Source: an uncultured Thermoanaerobaculia bacterium
Lineage (GTDB): Bacteria; Acidobacteriota; Thermoanaerobaculia; Multivoradales; Multivoraceae
Assembly: GCA_951813015.1 (NCBI GenBank)
Contig: CATOTG010000002.1
Location: 487,475 to 551,474 of the forward strand
Reading direction: 5' to 3'
DNA length: 64,000 bases
Below the pieces are notes generated by a model. That model was not told the origin of the DNA. It saw only the letters and a list, made by a program, of their open reading frames with translations, and ran no database searches. The translations under genes and the position numbers were made by a program. Position 1 is the stretch's first letter; every line of letters begins with the position of its first letter. Shown here in pieces: positions 10,547-20,612 of the stretch.

Positions 10547-11494
10547 CTAGGGCAGGAAGCCCAGGGCCGAACAGTCGGCGGCTTCGCCGTTCACCGTGCA
10601 GGCGCAGTCGCCGTCGTCGCATTCGACCTTGACTTCGCACTCGCCGGAGTCGCCACAGGCCGAGGCTGCGAACTCGAAGGAGTTCGCGTTGGCGACGTCG
10701 ACCGTGCAGTCTTCGCCATCCTCGCAGGCGACCTTGACCTCGATCACGCGGGCTTCGTGTTCGCCGGCATCGTGGCCGCCGGCCTCGATGCTGGACATCT
10801 CGACGCGCCGCTGCGGCCGCCGCTCCTCCAGAGTCGCGCTGACCTTGTCCATCCGGCCATCGCGCCAGACCTCGAGCACAACCGTCTCGCCGTCCTCGCG
10901 GCCGCCAATGGCCCGGGCCAGCGCCGACGCGGATGCGACCGGCTCACCGTCGACCGCGGTGACGATGTCGCCGACCTCCAGGCCGGCACGCAGCGCCGGG
11001 CTGCCGTCCACGAGCTTGCCGACCATGACGCCCGCGTCCTCGGGAACACCGAAGTGGGTGCGCAGTTCCGGGGTCAGCTCGGAGAGCTGCACGCCGAGAA
11101 ACGCGCCGCCGCCGTGGCGCAGGTGCAGGCGCGAGCCGTGCTCGCCCAGCCGCTGCATCACCCGATGCACGCGGCGCCGCACCGACTCGCCGGCTTCGCC
11201 GTCCGCGCGCTCATCCTCGGTCAGGAGGATGGCGTGCCCGTCAGCCTCGAGAACATGGACGTTGTCCTCGGCAACCCACTCGTGGTCGCCGCCGTGGAGC
11301 ACCCGGACGTCGCCGTCGTCGCCGACGAAGACCATCCGGCTCACACGCTCATCGCAGTCCTCGCCGTCCGCGCAATCCACGACCTTCTTGATCTGGATCT
11401 TGCGAACCTGCTTCTCCTCACCGTCCTGCGCAATTGCCGGCACGGCCACAGCCAGTGCCAGCGCCACGACCAACCAGACCTTCATTCGCGACAT
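10547..11494 (-). CDS. Secreted PDZ-domain protein with Cys-rich acidic tail
   Basis: Signal peptide MSRMKVWLVVALALAVAVPAIA; PDZ AFLGVQLSELTPELRTHFG..GSPALRAGLEVGDIVTAVDG; no protease domain. Confidence 0.85.
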   Translation of the reverse strand: MSRMKVWLVVALALAVAVPAIAQDGEEKQVRKIQIKKVVDCADGEDCDERVSRMVFVGDDGDVRVLHGGDHEWVAEDNVHVLEADGHAILLTEDERADGEAGESVRRRVHRVMQRLGEHGSRLHLRHGGGAFLGVQLSELTPELRTHFGVPEDAGVMVGKLVDGSPALRAGLEVGDIVTAVDGEPVASASALARAIGGREDGETVVLEVWRDGRMDKVSATLEERRPQRRVEMSSIEAGGHDAGEHEARVIEVKVACEDGEDCTVDVANANSFEFAASACGDSGECEVKVECDDGDCACTVNGEAADCSALGFLP

Positions 11495-11715
11495 CGTTCT
11501 GTCCTTCTCCTGTTCGCTTCCGTGTTCGCTCTGCATTTTACCGGGTACGCCACCGGCTCAGCCTCTGTAGTGAGAACGCCGCCCGAGCCCATTCGTTCCA
11601 CGCAACCGCCGATGTCACGTTCGCCCACGTGCTGGCGCAGGCGGCGTATCGGACGGGTCCGCACCGCCGACCTGGCGGCCCCGGGCCAATCGTGACGGGC
11701 AGCGGCCGAGTCGAT

Positions 11716-12489
11716 TCAGGAATCGTCCATCGACGCGCGCACGGTACGCAGATCCTTGAGCGCCGCCTTGGCCATCGAACCGCTGTCGCGCGCCACCTCG
11801 ACGAAGCGGAAACCCTGCCGGATCCGCTTGGGCGCCTCCTTGACGGTGCCCGCGACCCCGGCGAACAGTCCGTGCCGCCTGCAACCGTCGAGGATCCTGT
11901 CGATCGCGTCGGTAAACGACTCGTCCTCCTGGTCCGCGGCCGGCCGCAGCCCCAGCGACACACTGAGGTCGCTCGGGCCGACATAGACGCCGTCGAGGCC
12001 CGGCACGGACAGGATGTCGTCCAGGTTGTCGAGGGCCTGCCGGGTCTCGATCATCGGAATGCAGTAGGCCTGTTCGTTCGCCTCCTCGAGGTAGTTCCCC
12101 CCGTAGAGCAGACCGGCACGGAAGGGCCCGAAGCTGCGCTTTCCACGCGGCGGGTAGCGGCAGGCAGACGCCGCGGCTTCCGCCTCGGCGCGACTGTTGA
12201 CCATCGGAATGATGATGCCGTGGGCGCCGGCGTCGAGCATCTTGCCGATGATCCCGGGCTCGTTCCAGGGCACGCGGACGATCGGCGTCGTGTCGGAGGC
12301 GGTCATCGCCTGCAGCATCGCCGTCGCCCGCTGGTAGTCGACCAGGCCGTGCTGCATGTCGATCGTCGCCCAGTCGAAGCCGAGTCGGGACATCAACTCG
12401 GCGCTGTGGGTATCCGGCAACGCCAGCCAGGCGCCGAGGGCCGCCTCATCGTTGTCGATCTTGTCGCGCAGACGGTTCTTCATCGGCAT
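11716..12489 (-). CDS. HpcH/HpaI aldolase family protein
   Basis: FDWATIDMQHG, VRVP, LDAGAHGIIIPMV, YPPRGKRSFG, MIET, VGPSDLS. Confidence 0.92.
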   Translation of the reverse strand: MPMKNRLRDKIDNDEAALGAWLALPDTHSAELMSRLGFDWATIDMQHGLVDYQRATAMLQAMTASDTTPIVRVPWNEPGIIGKMLDAGAHGIIIPMVNSRAEAEAAASACRYPPRGKRSFGPFRAGLLYGGNYLEEANEQAYCIPMIETRQALDNLDDILSVPGLDGVYVGPSDLSVSLGLRPAADQEDESFTDAIDRILDGCRRHGLFAGVAGTVKEAPKRIRQGFRFVEVARDSGSMAKAALKDLRTVRASMDDS

Positions 12490-12655
12490 TGCCTGGCCTC
12501 CTCGGTCGCCCGGTTGGACGGAATCAGTGGGACGGAATGTGGCCGCGGAGATTAGCAGTCCGTGGCGGAACGTCCGGAAGCCGGCGCTTGGCGGCGGATG
12601 CCGGCCAGAAAGCCGGCGCAGCCGGTTCCTGCCGCGCGCACCTGCCAGCCTCGGA

Positions 12656-13729
12656 TCACGGGATCAGGGACTCGTCCGGGGTCAGGGACGCGGCGAAGCG
12701 AGCCAACAGATCAGCCGAGTGATCCAGGTCGTCGAGGGAGATCGTCTCGACCGCGCTGTGCATGTAGCGATTCGGAATGCTGATCAGGCCGGTCGCGACG
12801 CCGGCGCGGGTGATCTGAATCGAGTTCGCGTCGTTCGGCGCCGCGCGTCCGAGAGCCGCCAACTGGAAGGGAATCTCGCTCTCTTCCGCGACGGCTTCCA
12901 GCCGGTCGCTGATCCTCGGATTCATGTTCGGACCGCGCACGATGACGGGGCCGCCGCCCAGGCGGAGATCGCCCTCCTGACGCTTGCTGATCGTCGGGCA
13001 GTCCGTCGCATGGGTCACGTCCACCGCGATGCCGACATCGGGGTCGACACCGTGGGTGCTCGTGCGGGCGCCGCGCAGGCCGATCTCCTCGCAAACCGTC
13101 GACACGGCATAGACGGCGACCTTCGGGGCCTTCTTCACGACCCGGCGCAGCGCCTCGATGACCACCCACAGGCCGGTCGTGTTGTCCATCTTGGGCGCGT
13201 TGGCCAGGCCGTTGCGCAACTCCTGGAAGCCGAGATCGAGGGTCACCGGATCGCCCACCCGCACCGCCGTCTTCGCGTCGTCTCCGTCCGTCGCGCCGAT
13301 GTCGAGCCACAGGTTCTCCATCTTGACAACCCGCTTGCGCTCCTCCACGTCGAGCAGGTGGATCGGCTTGCGGGAAATGACCGCCGGGACTGGACCGTCC
13401 TTCGCCCACACGGTCATCCGCTGGCCGACGAGTTGCTGCGGATCCCAGCCGCCGATCGGCTGCACCCAGAGGAAGCCCTTGTCGTCGATGTAGCTGACCA
13501 GCAAGCCGATCTGGTCGCAGTGGCCCGCGAACAGGACCCTGCGGCCGTCAGGTTTCGTGCCGGCTTCGACGTTCACCGCCGCGATCACGTTGCCATGAAC
13601 GTCGGTCGTCACGCTGTCGGCGAACTTCCCCGCGTAGGCGCGTACAACTTCCTGTACCGGCTCCTCGTGGCCCGAGGGGCTCGGCGTGGCCAACAGATCG
13701 ATCAGAAACTTCCGTGCTGTCTTGTTCAC
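12656..13729 (-). CDS. M42 family aminopeptidase (TET-like)
   Basis: SPSGHE, GHCDQIG, MDNTTG, EEIGLRGA, AVDVTHA, IPNRYMHS. Confidence 0.93.
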   Translation of the reverse strand: MNKTARKFLIDLLATPSPSGHEEPVQEVVRAYAGKFADSVTTDVHGNVIAAVNVEAGTKPDGRRVLFAGHCDQIGLLVSYIDDKGFLWVQPIGGWDPQQLVGQRMTVWAKDGPVPAVISRKPIHLLDVEERKRVVKMENLWLDIGATDGDDAKTAVRVGDPVTLDLGFQELRNGLANAPKMDNTTGLWVVIEALRRVVKKAPKVAVYAVSTVCEEIGLRGARTSTHGVDPDVGIAVDVTHATDCPTISKRQEGDLRLGGGPVIVRGPNMNPRISDRLEAVAEESEIPFQLAALGRAAPNDANSIQITRAGVATGLISIPNRYMHSAVETISLDDLDHSADLLARFAASLTPDESLIP

Positions 13730-13817
13730 TTGCTACTCCCAGCCGGTACTTCGCCCCACCACCAGGTCACGGTCGGGCGACCACCGCGGCTGTCCTGTTG
13801 ATTGGTGTCCTGGAATC

Positions 13818-14681
13818 TCAGCGTCCTCTGCGGCGCTGGCGGCTGCTGTACGAGCGCAGGGCGCGCAGGAGGTCGATCTTACGCAGAGCCGGCCAGTGCG
13901 TGTCGCAGAAGTAGTACTCGGAGTAGGTGCTCTGCCAGAGCAGGAACCCGCTCAGACGAACCTCGCCGCTCGTGCGGAGGATCAGGTCGGGCTCGGGCTG
14001 GCCCGAGGTGTAGAGGTAGCGCTCGATCGACGAGGCAGTGAACTCGTCCACGACTTCGTCCAGGGACTTGCCGACCGCCGAGTTGTCCAGGAGGTAGTTG
14101 CGGAAGGCACTCGCGATCTCCTCACGGCCGCCGTACGCCATCGCGATGTTCAACCGGTACTGGTCGTAGCCGCTGGTTGCCGCCTCCGCGTCGCGAATCG
14201 CGGTCTGAAGGCTCTCCGGGAGCAGCTCGATCTGCCCCAGGAAACGCACGCGGATGCCTTTCTGATGGACATCGTCATGGTTCGCGAGTTCCCGGGTCTT
14301 CTCCTCGAACAGCTCGAACAGGGCCTGCACTTCCTTCGCGGAGCGATTGAAGTTGTCGAGCGACATGCTCCACACGGTGACGGTCGAGACCTGCGCCTCA
14401 TAGCACCAGTTGAGGACCTCCCACAGCTTCTCGGCGCCCCGGAAGTGTCCTGCACTGACGTTGCCCAGCCTCTGCTGGCGCGCATAGCGGCGGTTCCCGT
14501 CCATGATCAGCCCGATGTGCCGGGGCAGCCGCCAGGTCCCCACCTTGGACTCGAGCCGGCGCTGGTAGACGACGTAGAAGGGCCACTTGATCAGGGCCCT
14601 GACACGCCGCCAGAGTTCGCTCGCAGGACGTGTCCCGCGTACCGGAACGGCGCCTGACGGGGCGGAGTCGAAGACGCTCAC
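13818..14681 (-). CDS. uppS: cis-Prenyltransferase (UppS family; short-chain Z-isoprenyl diphosphate synthase-like); start uncertain
   Basis: PRHIGLIMDGNRRYA, SLDNFNR, YGGREEI, PDLILRTSGEVRLSGFLLWQS. Confidence 0.88.
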   Translation of the reverse strand: MSVFDSAPSGAVPVRGTRPASELWRRVRALIKWPFYVVYQRRLESKVGTWRLPRHIGLIMDGNRRYARQQRLGNVSAGHFRGAEKLWEVLNWCYEAQVSTVTVWSMSLDNFNRSAKEVQALFELFEEKTRELANHDDVHQKGIRVRFLGQIELLPESLQTAIRDAEAATSGYDQYRLNIAMAYGGREEIASAFRNYLLDNSAVGKSLDEVVDEFTASSIERYLYTSGQPEPDLILRTSGEVRLSGFLLWQSTYSEYYFCDTHWPALRKIDLLRALRSYSSRQRRRGR

Positions 14682-14724
14682 CGGCAACCTCGCCGATCGC
14701 CCGGTTGGTCGCAAGGAAGCCCGT

Positions 14725-14875
14725 CAGGGCTGTTCCAAAGTCGGGAACTCCGGTGTCCGAGGTGCGGAAACCACTCCTGGGTGGGAAGATCGGTGCTGGC
14801 ACGAGTCTCTGCTCTCGGGAACGCGGGCGCCCTGCCCGCACGCAGCGCGAAGCGTCGGACTTTGGAATGGTCCTG
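14725..14875. mobile_element. 151-bp MITE with 18-bp imperfect TIRs and a 10-bp target-site duplication
   Basis: cagggctgttccaaagtc (14725-14742) vs gactttggaatggtcctg (14858-14875), 15/18 complementary; ggaagcccgt at 14715-14724 and 14877-14886. Confidence 0.75.
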
Positions 14876-14986
14876 CGGAAGCCCGTTCACGCCTGCAACT
14901 CTCTCTCCCCGCTGTGTTACTTTCGCCGGCGCCTATCCGCCGCCGTTAGCCCAACCACCGCAAGCCGTCACAAGGCCACGCCACCG

Positions 14987-16432
14987 ATGACACCGCGAGA
15001 CTCTCGGGAGTCGACCCGGCATCATAGCGACCTTCAGTACTCCGGTGCGGCCGAGCTGGCCGAACCGACCCGAGATTCACAACGCCGCTTGTGGCGCCTG
15101 TTCTTCCCGGCTCTCGCCCTGTTCGCGCTCGCCAGCCTGGCCGGGCCCGCGTCGGCGGCGGCGCCGGCGCCGGCGCTCGAGACGACCGAGGGGACCGAGG
15201 CCCTGCGCCTGTTCCTGGACTGCGACTGGGGCTGCGACTCCACCTTCCTGCGCAGCCAGGTCGACTACGTCAACTGGGTGCGCGATCGCCAGGATGCCGA
15301 GGTCCACGTCCTCGTCACCATCCAGTCCGGCGGAAACTCCCGTGAGTACACCTTCAACTTCATCGGCCTGGAACGCTTCGAGAGCATCGATCAGAGGTTG
15401 ATCTACACATCGTCGTTCACCGACACGGACGACGAGCGCCGTCGCGGCATCCAGCGGCTCCTCGAGCTGGGGCTGGTTCGCTACGTCCTCGAGACGCCGC
15501 AGGCCGAAGGACTCGTCGTCGAGTTCAAGAACGGCGAGAGCCAGGGAGAGCCGCATCGCGACCACTTCCATCCGGAGCCGAACATCCTCGTCGCCGACGC
15601 GGAAGACGATCCGTGGAATCACTGGGTCTACCGCCTTCGCCTGGAGACGGACTTCCGAAGCGAGGATCGCAGGGACTCGCAGTCCTACCGGGCAAGCGCC
15701 TCGGCGGGCCGGACGACGGATATGTGGCGAACGGGCATGGGTGTCTTCTACTCCTACCGGGAGAGCAACTTCGAGTTCGAGGACGGCAGTACCTACAAGA
15801 ACGTGTCGCGCAGCACGAACTACTTCGGGCAAGTGATCCGCACCCTCGCTCCCCATTGGGGAGTGGGCGTCGGCGCCAGCAGCCGCGAGTCGACCTTTCT
15901 CAACCTGGACAGCTCCTATCGCGCGGCTGCGGCCGTCGAGTACAACTACTTTCCCTACAGCGAGTCGTCCGAGCGCGAGTTCACGTTCGCCTACTTCATC
16001 GGCGGCGCCAGCCTCGACTACGAGGAGATCACCGTCTTCGACAAGCTCGACGAGACCTTCACGGACCAGGGGGCGTACATCGCGTTCGGCATGGAGAGGC
16101 CATGGGGCGAGGCCCACATCGACCTCCAGTACAGCCACTTCATCGACGACTTCGACCGCAGCCGGATCGAGTTCAGCACGGACGTCGAATACCACATCCT
16201 GCGCGGCCTGAGCTTCGATGTCTACGCCGGGATATCGAGGATCCGGGACCAGATCTATCTCCCGAAGGGCGGAGCGACCGACGCCGAGGTCCTGGTCGCC
16301 AGGCGCCAGTTGGAGACGGACGTTTCATTCCGCGGCGGCGTCCAGCTCCGGTACACGTTCGGCTCGATCTACAACAACGTGGTGAACTCCCGGTTGAGCA
16401 GCGAGAGCGGCGGCTTCTCGCGCATCTTCTAG
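14987..16432 (+). CDS. Outer-membrane beta-barrel protein of unknown function
   Basis: Signal peptide, LFLDCDWGCD..VNWVRDRQDAEVHVL N-domain, alternating aromatic strands, YTFGSIYNNVVN, C-terminal F. Confidence 0.75.
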   Translation: MTPRDSRESTRHHSDLQYSGAAELAEPTRDSQRRLWRLFFPALALFALASLAGPASAAAPAPALETTEGTEALRLFLDCDWGCDSTFLRSQVDYVNWVRDRQDAEVHVLVTIQSGGNSREYTFNFIGLERFESIDQRLIYTSSFTDTDDERRRGIQRLLELGLVRYVLETPQAEGLVVEFKNGESQGEPHRDHFHPEPNILVADAEDDPWNHWVYRLRLETDFRSEDRRDSQSYRASASAGRTTDMWRTGMGVFYSYRESNFEFEDGSTYKNVSRSTNYFGQVIRTLAPHWGVGVGASSRESTFLNLDSSYRAAAAVEYNYFPYSESSEREFTFAYFIGGASLDYEEITVFDKLDETFTDQGAYIAFGMERPWGEAHIDLQYSHFIDDFDRSRIEFSTDVEYHILRGLSFDVYAGISRIRDQIYLPKGGATDAEVLVARRQLETDVSFRGGVQLRYTFGSIYNNVVNSRLSSESGGFSRIF

Positions 16433-16484
16433 ATCTGGAGGCGCCGGGAAGGCCCCGCCGGCGCGCCTCCGGTATCGTCGGACC

Positions 16485-17837
16485 GTGACGGTAGTCATCG
16501 CGGGGGGTGGAGACATCGCATACATGCTCGCGTCCTCACTGGCGCGCGAGGAGGATGTCTTCGTCGTTCTGCCCACCGAGACGGCCCGGGACCGGTTCGA
16601 GAACCTGGATCTGCAGATCACGGTCGGCCCGGCGGCCAGCCGCACCACGCTGAAGAACGTCGACCTCTCCGACGGGGACACGTTCATCGCCTGTGCCGAC
16701 TCGGACGAGCGCAACATCATCGCCTGCCTGGCGGCCCGCGGCCGGTCGAAGGCGACGACCTACTGCTTCATCTCGCAGGACGAGCACCACGAGAGCTTCA
16801 ACGACCCGGAACAGACGACGCTCGAAGAGGTCATCGACCACCTGATCTGGCCCCAGTGGTCGCTGGCCAGGGAGATCGCCCGGATCGTGCTCGAACCGCG
16901 GGCCCTCGACGTGGAGGACTTCCACCGCGGCCGGGTGTGGCTGATGGAGTACCGATTGCCGGCGGACTCGCGGCTGTGCGGACCCAACCTGGCCGAGGCG
17001 CCCCTGCCGGCCAACGCTCTGGTCGTCAGCCGGGTCAGAAACGGGAAGCTGATCGTTCCGCGCGGGCAGGACCGCCTGGAAGCCGGAGACAAGGTTCTGT
17101 TCATGGGTCGGCGAACGGCCCTGCGGCAAGTCGCGAAGCAGTTCTTCGCCGCGCCCGAGACCGTCGTGCGCAGCGTGACGATCATCGGCGGCGGCCGTAC
17201 CGGCAGGCTCCTGGCACAGGAACTGACCCGCGGCCTCTGGCCCGAAGTACGGGTCATCGAGGCCTCCAGACGCCGTTGCGAGGACATCGCCGGACAGGTC
17301 GGCAGGGCGATCGTCTTCTGCGGCGACGGCACGGACCTGAAGGTGCTGGAGGAAGTCGGCGTCGCCCGCAGCGATGCGCTGGTCGCCATGGCCGGTGACG
17401 ATCAGACGAACCTGCTCTGCTCCCTGATCGCGAAGCAGCTCGGGATTCCCAAGGTCGTGACCGGTGTCAGCCAGGACACGAGCAGCGCCCTGTTCGAGCG
17501 CGTCGGCGTCGACGTGACTCTGAACGCCCGCGCCGCCGCGATTGCCGAGGTCCTGCACCAGATCCAGGCGCCGCGCCTCGAGTTCCGCGCCGCGCTCGAA
17601 GACGGCCAGGCCGATGTCGTCGAAGTCGTCGTGCCCCCGGACTTCAAGGCTCGGCGCCTGCGCGAGATGGACATGCCGACCGGAGTCATCGTCGGCGCCG
17701 TCCTGCGGCAGTACAACACGATCGTGCCCGGAGGAGACGACGAGGTGCTCCCCGGCGACCGTCTGCTGGTCGTCGCCACGGCGGAGGCCGCCGACACCGT
17801 GGGCCCGGCCTTCGGTCTGGCGCCCGAAACCGACTGA
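16485..17837 (+). CDS. trkA: Trk system potassium uptake regulatory subunit
   Basis: Two RCK_N/RCK_C repeats (VVIAGGG, TIIGGGRTG, GDGTD); upstream of trkH. Confidence 0.92.
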   Translation: MTVVIAGGGDIAYMLASSLAREEDVFVVLPTETARDRFENLDLQITVGPAASRTTLKNVDLSDGDTFIACADSDERNIIACLAARGRSKATTYCFISQDEHHESFNDPEQTTLEEVIDHLIWPQWSLAREIARIVLEPRALDVEDFHRGRVWLMEYRLPADSRLCGPNLAEAPLPANALVVSRVRNGKLIVPRGQDRLEAGDKVLFMGRRTALRQVAKQFFAAPETVVRSVTIIGGGRTGRLLAQELTRGLWPEVRVIEASRRRCEDIAGQVGRAIVFCGDGTDLKVLEEVGVARSDALVAMAGDDQTNLLCSLIAKQLGIPKVVTGVSQDTSSALFERVGVDVTLNARAAAIAEVLHQIQAPRLEFRAALEDGQADVVEVVVPPDFKARRLREMDMPTGVIVGAVLRQYNTIVPGGDDEVLPGDRLLVVATAEAADTVGPAFGLAPETD

Positions 17838-17848
17838 AACCGGCGGCG

Positions 17849-19327
17849 ATGCGCGTTTCGATCGTTCTCCGTACGGCCCTGGCGCTGGTCGGCTGTTTCG
17901 GCGTCGTCCTGCTGGCGCCGTCGGCGGTCGAAGCAGCCTACGGGCACGGGCGCAGCGCCCTCGCCTTCCTCGCCGCCGCCGGCCTCGCCGTGCTGCTGGG
18001 TCTGGCTTCCAGGCTCCTGCCCGGGCGGGGACTCGAGATGCGGCGGATGGAAGGCCTGGCGACCGTGGCCGTGGCCTGGCTGCTGCTGGTTCTGATCGGC
18101 GCCATCCCCTACTCCGCGAATGGCTTCTCACCCGCCGACGCGCTCTTCGAGTCGATGTCGGGCCTGACCGGCACGGGCGCCACGATTCTCACCGACTTCG
18201 ACGCGGTGAGCGAAGGCGTCTTCCTGTGGCGATCCTTGAGCGAGTGGGTCGGCAGCATGGGCATCATCGCCCTCTTCATCGCCGTCCTGCCCGCGCTTCA
18301 GATCGCCGGGCGCCAGATGTTTTTCGCCGAAGCGCCCGGACCCACCGAGGAGCGCCTCTCGCCCCGCATCCGCAACACGGCCCTCTACCTGTACACGCTG
18401 TACGTCGGCCTGACCGCGCTGGAAGCCGGTCTCCTGATCCGGTTCGGAATGCCGCCCTTCGACGCGATCTGCAACTCCCTGAGCACCGTCTCGGCCGGGG
18501 GCTTCTCCCCTCACCCGGGCAGCATCGGCGGCTACGAAAGCAGCCTGATCGAGTGGACGGTAATGGCCTTCATGCTCCTTGCCGGAGCGAACTACGCCTT
18601 TCAGTTCCAGGCGATCCGCGGCCGCCCGCTGACCCTGCTTCGAAGCGAGGAGTTCCGGCTCTACCTGGTGATCGTCGTCGCCGCGACCCTGCTTCTGGCC
18701 TGCACGCTCAAGAGCGACGAGGTGTTGCTGTGGGATTGGATCGCGACCGACGCCCTGTCGGAGGACACGCTTCGGCGCGCGGGCTTCCAGGCGCTCGCCA
18801 TCATCACGACGACCGGATTCGCGACCGAGGACTTCGCGCTCTGGGCTCAGGCGAGCCAGACGATCCTTCTGCTGCTCATGTTCTGCGGCGGCTGCGGCGG
18901 TTCCGCTGCCGGCGGCCCCAAGCTGGTCCGGGTATGGCTGATCGCGAAGTCGACCCTGATCGAGCTGTTTCAGACGGTCTTCCCCCGCGCCGTGCGGCCG
19001 CTGCGCCTCGACGGCCGGAGAGTGCCCGACGACGTGATCCACGCCATCGTGTCGTTCCTGCTCCTCTACCTCGTTCTGTTCGCTCTGAGCGTCGGCGTCG
19101 TGGGGCTGGCCGGTACCGACATGCCCACCGCGGTGACCGCGAGCATCGCCACCCTCGGCAACATCGGTCCGGGCCTGGGAGACGTGGGCCCGTTCGGCAA
19201 CTACGCCCACTTCCCCGATGCGATCAAGGTCTGCCTGTCGCTCAACATGTGGATCGGCCGGCTTGAGATCATCACCGTTCTCATCTTCCTCCACCCCGCC
19301 GCCTGGTTGGGCGTTCGCTGGCGGTAG
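17849..19327 (+). CDS. trkH: Trk system potassium uptake membrane protein
   Basis: FESMSGLTGTGAT, TTTGF, ATLGNIGPG, MWIGRLEI. Confidence 0.95.
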   Translation: MRVSIVLRTALALVGCFGVVLLAPSAVEAAYGHGRSALAFLAAAGLAVLLGLASRLLPGRGLEMRRMEGLATVAVAWLLLVLIGAIPYSANGFSPADALFESMSGLTGTGATILTDFDAVSEGVFLWRSLSEWVGSMGIIALFIAVLPALQIAGRQMFFAEAPGPTEERLSPRIRNTALYLYTLYVGLTALEAGLLIRFGMPPFDAICNSLSTVSAGGFSPHPGSIGGYESSLIEWTVMAFMLLAGANYAFQFQAIRGRPLTLLRSEEFRLYLVIVVAATLLLACTLKSDEVLLWDWIATDALSEDTLRRAGFQALAIITTTGFATEDFALWAQASQTILLLLMFCGGCGGSAAGGPKLVRVWLIAKSTLIELFQTVFPRAVRPLRLDGRRVPDDVIHAIVSFLLLYLVLFALSVGVVGLAGTDMPTAVTASIATLGNIGPGLGDVGPFGNYAHFPDAIKVCLSLNMWIGRLEIITVLIFLHPAAWLGVRWR

Positions 19328-19486
19328 GAGCAACTCGCCGCGGTGTCGCGCAGCAATGGGCGGCAATCAAGCGCGCAGACGAGAGGGGTGTGCTGGCGGC
19401 AGGAGCATTCGCAGCCTGGGACCGAACGCGGAGCCTGCGACCGGCCTCGCAACTCCAGGCGCTGGCGCTGCTACAGTCCGCGCGCC

Positions 19487-20314
19487 ATGGAACTCCTCGC
19501 GTCCGGCTACTCCCTGATCGAAGGTCCTCGCGTCGACGCGGCAGACCGCCTCTACTTCAGCGATGTCCACAACGGCGGCGTCTACCGGCGCAGTCCGGAT
19601 GGCGAGATCGAAACGGTCGTGCCGAAGCGCCGCGGCGTCGGCGGCATCGCGCTCCATGCCGACGGCGGCATCGTCTGCTCGGGTCGCAACATATGCCACG
19701 TCAGAGACGGTCACACGCGAATCCTCTTCGACCCGCCGGACACGCCCGGCTTCAACGACCTGTTCGTCGACGCCCGGGGCCGCGTGATCACGGGCACGAT
19801 GCGCACGAGCCCGTTCACGGGCAGCCGTGAGCGGATACCCGGCGAGTGCTGGCGCATCGAGTCCGAGGGCAGTGCGACCGAGCTGTACGGCGACATCAGC
19901 CTGACCAACGGCATCGGCTTGTCGCCGGACGGGGGGACGCTGTACCACGTCGACACCGCTCGCAACCACGTCGTCGCCCACGACGTCGAAGACGACGGGA
20001 GCTGCGTCAATCGGCGGGCACTCGCCTCGCCCGATCGGGGCCGCCCCGACGGTCTCGCCGTCGACGAGGAGGGCTGCCTCTGGGTCGCCTGCTTCGCCGG
20101 CGGCTGCGTCACCCGTTTCGACGCGGAAGGCCAGATCGTGAGCCACCTGGAGGTTCCCGCCAGGAACATCACCAGCGTCTGCTTCGGCGGCAGCGACCGG
20201 CGCGACCTCTACGTCGTCACTGCCGGCGACCCGGACGATCCCGGCAGCAGCGGTTCGATCTTCCGCACCAGAGCTCCCGCGGCGGGCCTGGAAGCCCCGA
20301 TGGCCGTGATCTGA
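19487..20314 (+). CDS. SMP-30/gluconolactonase/LRE family protein
   Basis: EGP, FNDLFVDARGR, NGIGLSPDG, PDGLAVDEEG.LWVA, TSVCFGG. Confidence 0.92.
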   Translation: MELLASGYSLIEGPRVDAADRLYFSDVHNGGVYRRSPDGEIETVVPKRRGVGGIALHADGGIVCSGRNICHVRDGHTRILFDPPDTPGFNDLFVDARGRVITGTMRTSPFTGSRERIPGECWRIESEGSATELYGDISLTNGIGLSPDGGTLYHVDTARNHVVAHDVEDDGSCVNRRALASPDRGRPDGLAVDEEGCLWVACFAGGCVTRFDAEGQIVSHLEVPARNITSVCFGGSDRRDLYVVTAGDPDDPGSSGSIFRTRAPAAGLEAPMAVI

Positions 20315-20336
20315 AACCGCAACGGCGGCTAAGGTG

Positions 20337-20492
20337 ATGCCACAAAAGGGCGGCCATCTGAAGATTGACCGAGAGGACTGGCTGCGACCGGTAGTCATCC
20401 CGATGCACAAGGGAGACCTGACCATTGGGGTTCTGCGCAGCAACATCCGGACTGCAGGGATGACGACCAGGGAGTTCCTGGACCTGCTCTGA
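20337..20492 (+). pseudogene. hicA: HicA-family mRNA interferase fragment (N-terminus missing, no hicB)
   Basis: Manual translation MPQKGGHLKIDREDWLRPVVIPMHKGDLTIGVLRSNIRTAGMTTREFLDLL matches the HicA pattern G-S/G-H...IP.H..DL..G.L..I...AG. Confidence 0.75.
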
Positions 20493-20612
20493 CCAACCTC
20501 CCGCGGCGCACGGCCAAGCGAAGACAAGTCAACGGGCCCGCAGCCGGTTCGTCGCCAGCCGGCCGCGCAGCGTCCCCGCCCGTCGCGAAGACGAGCGCCG
20601 GGACAAACGGAA

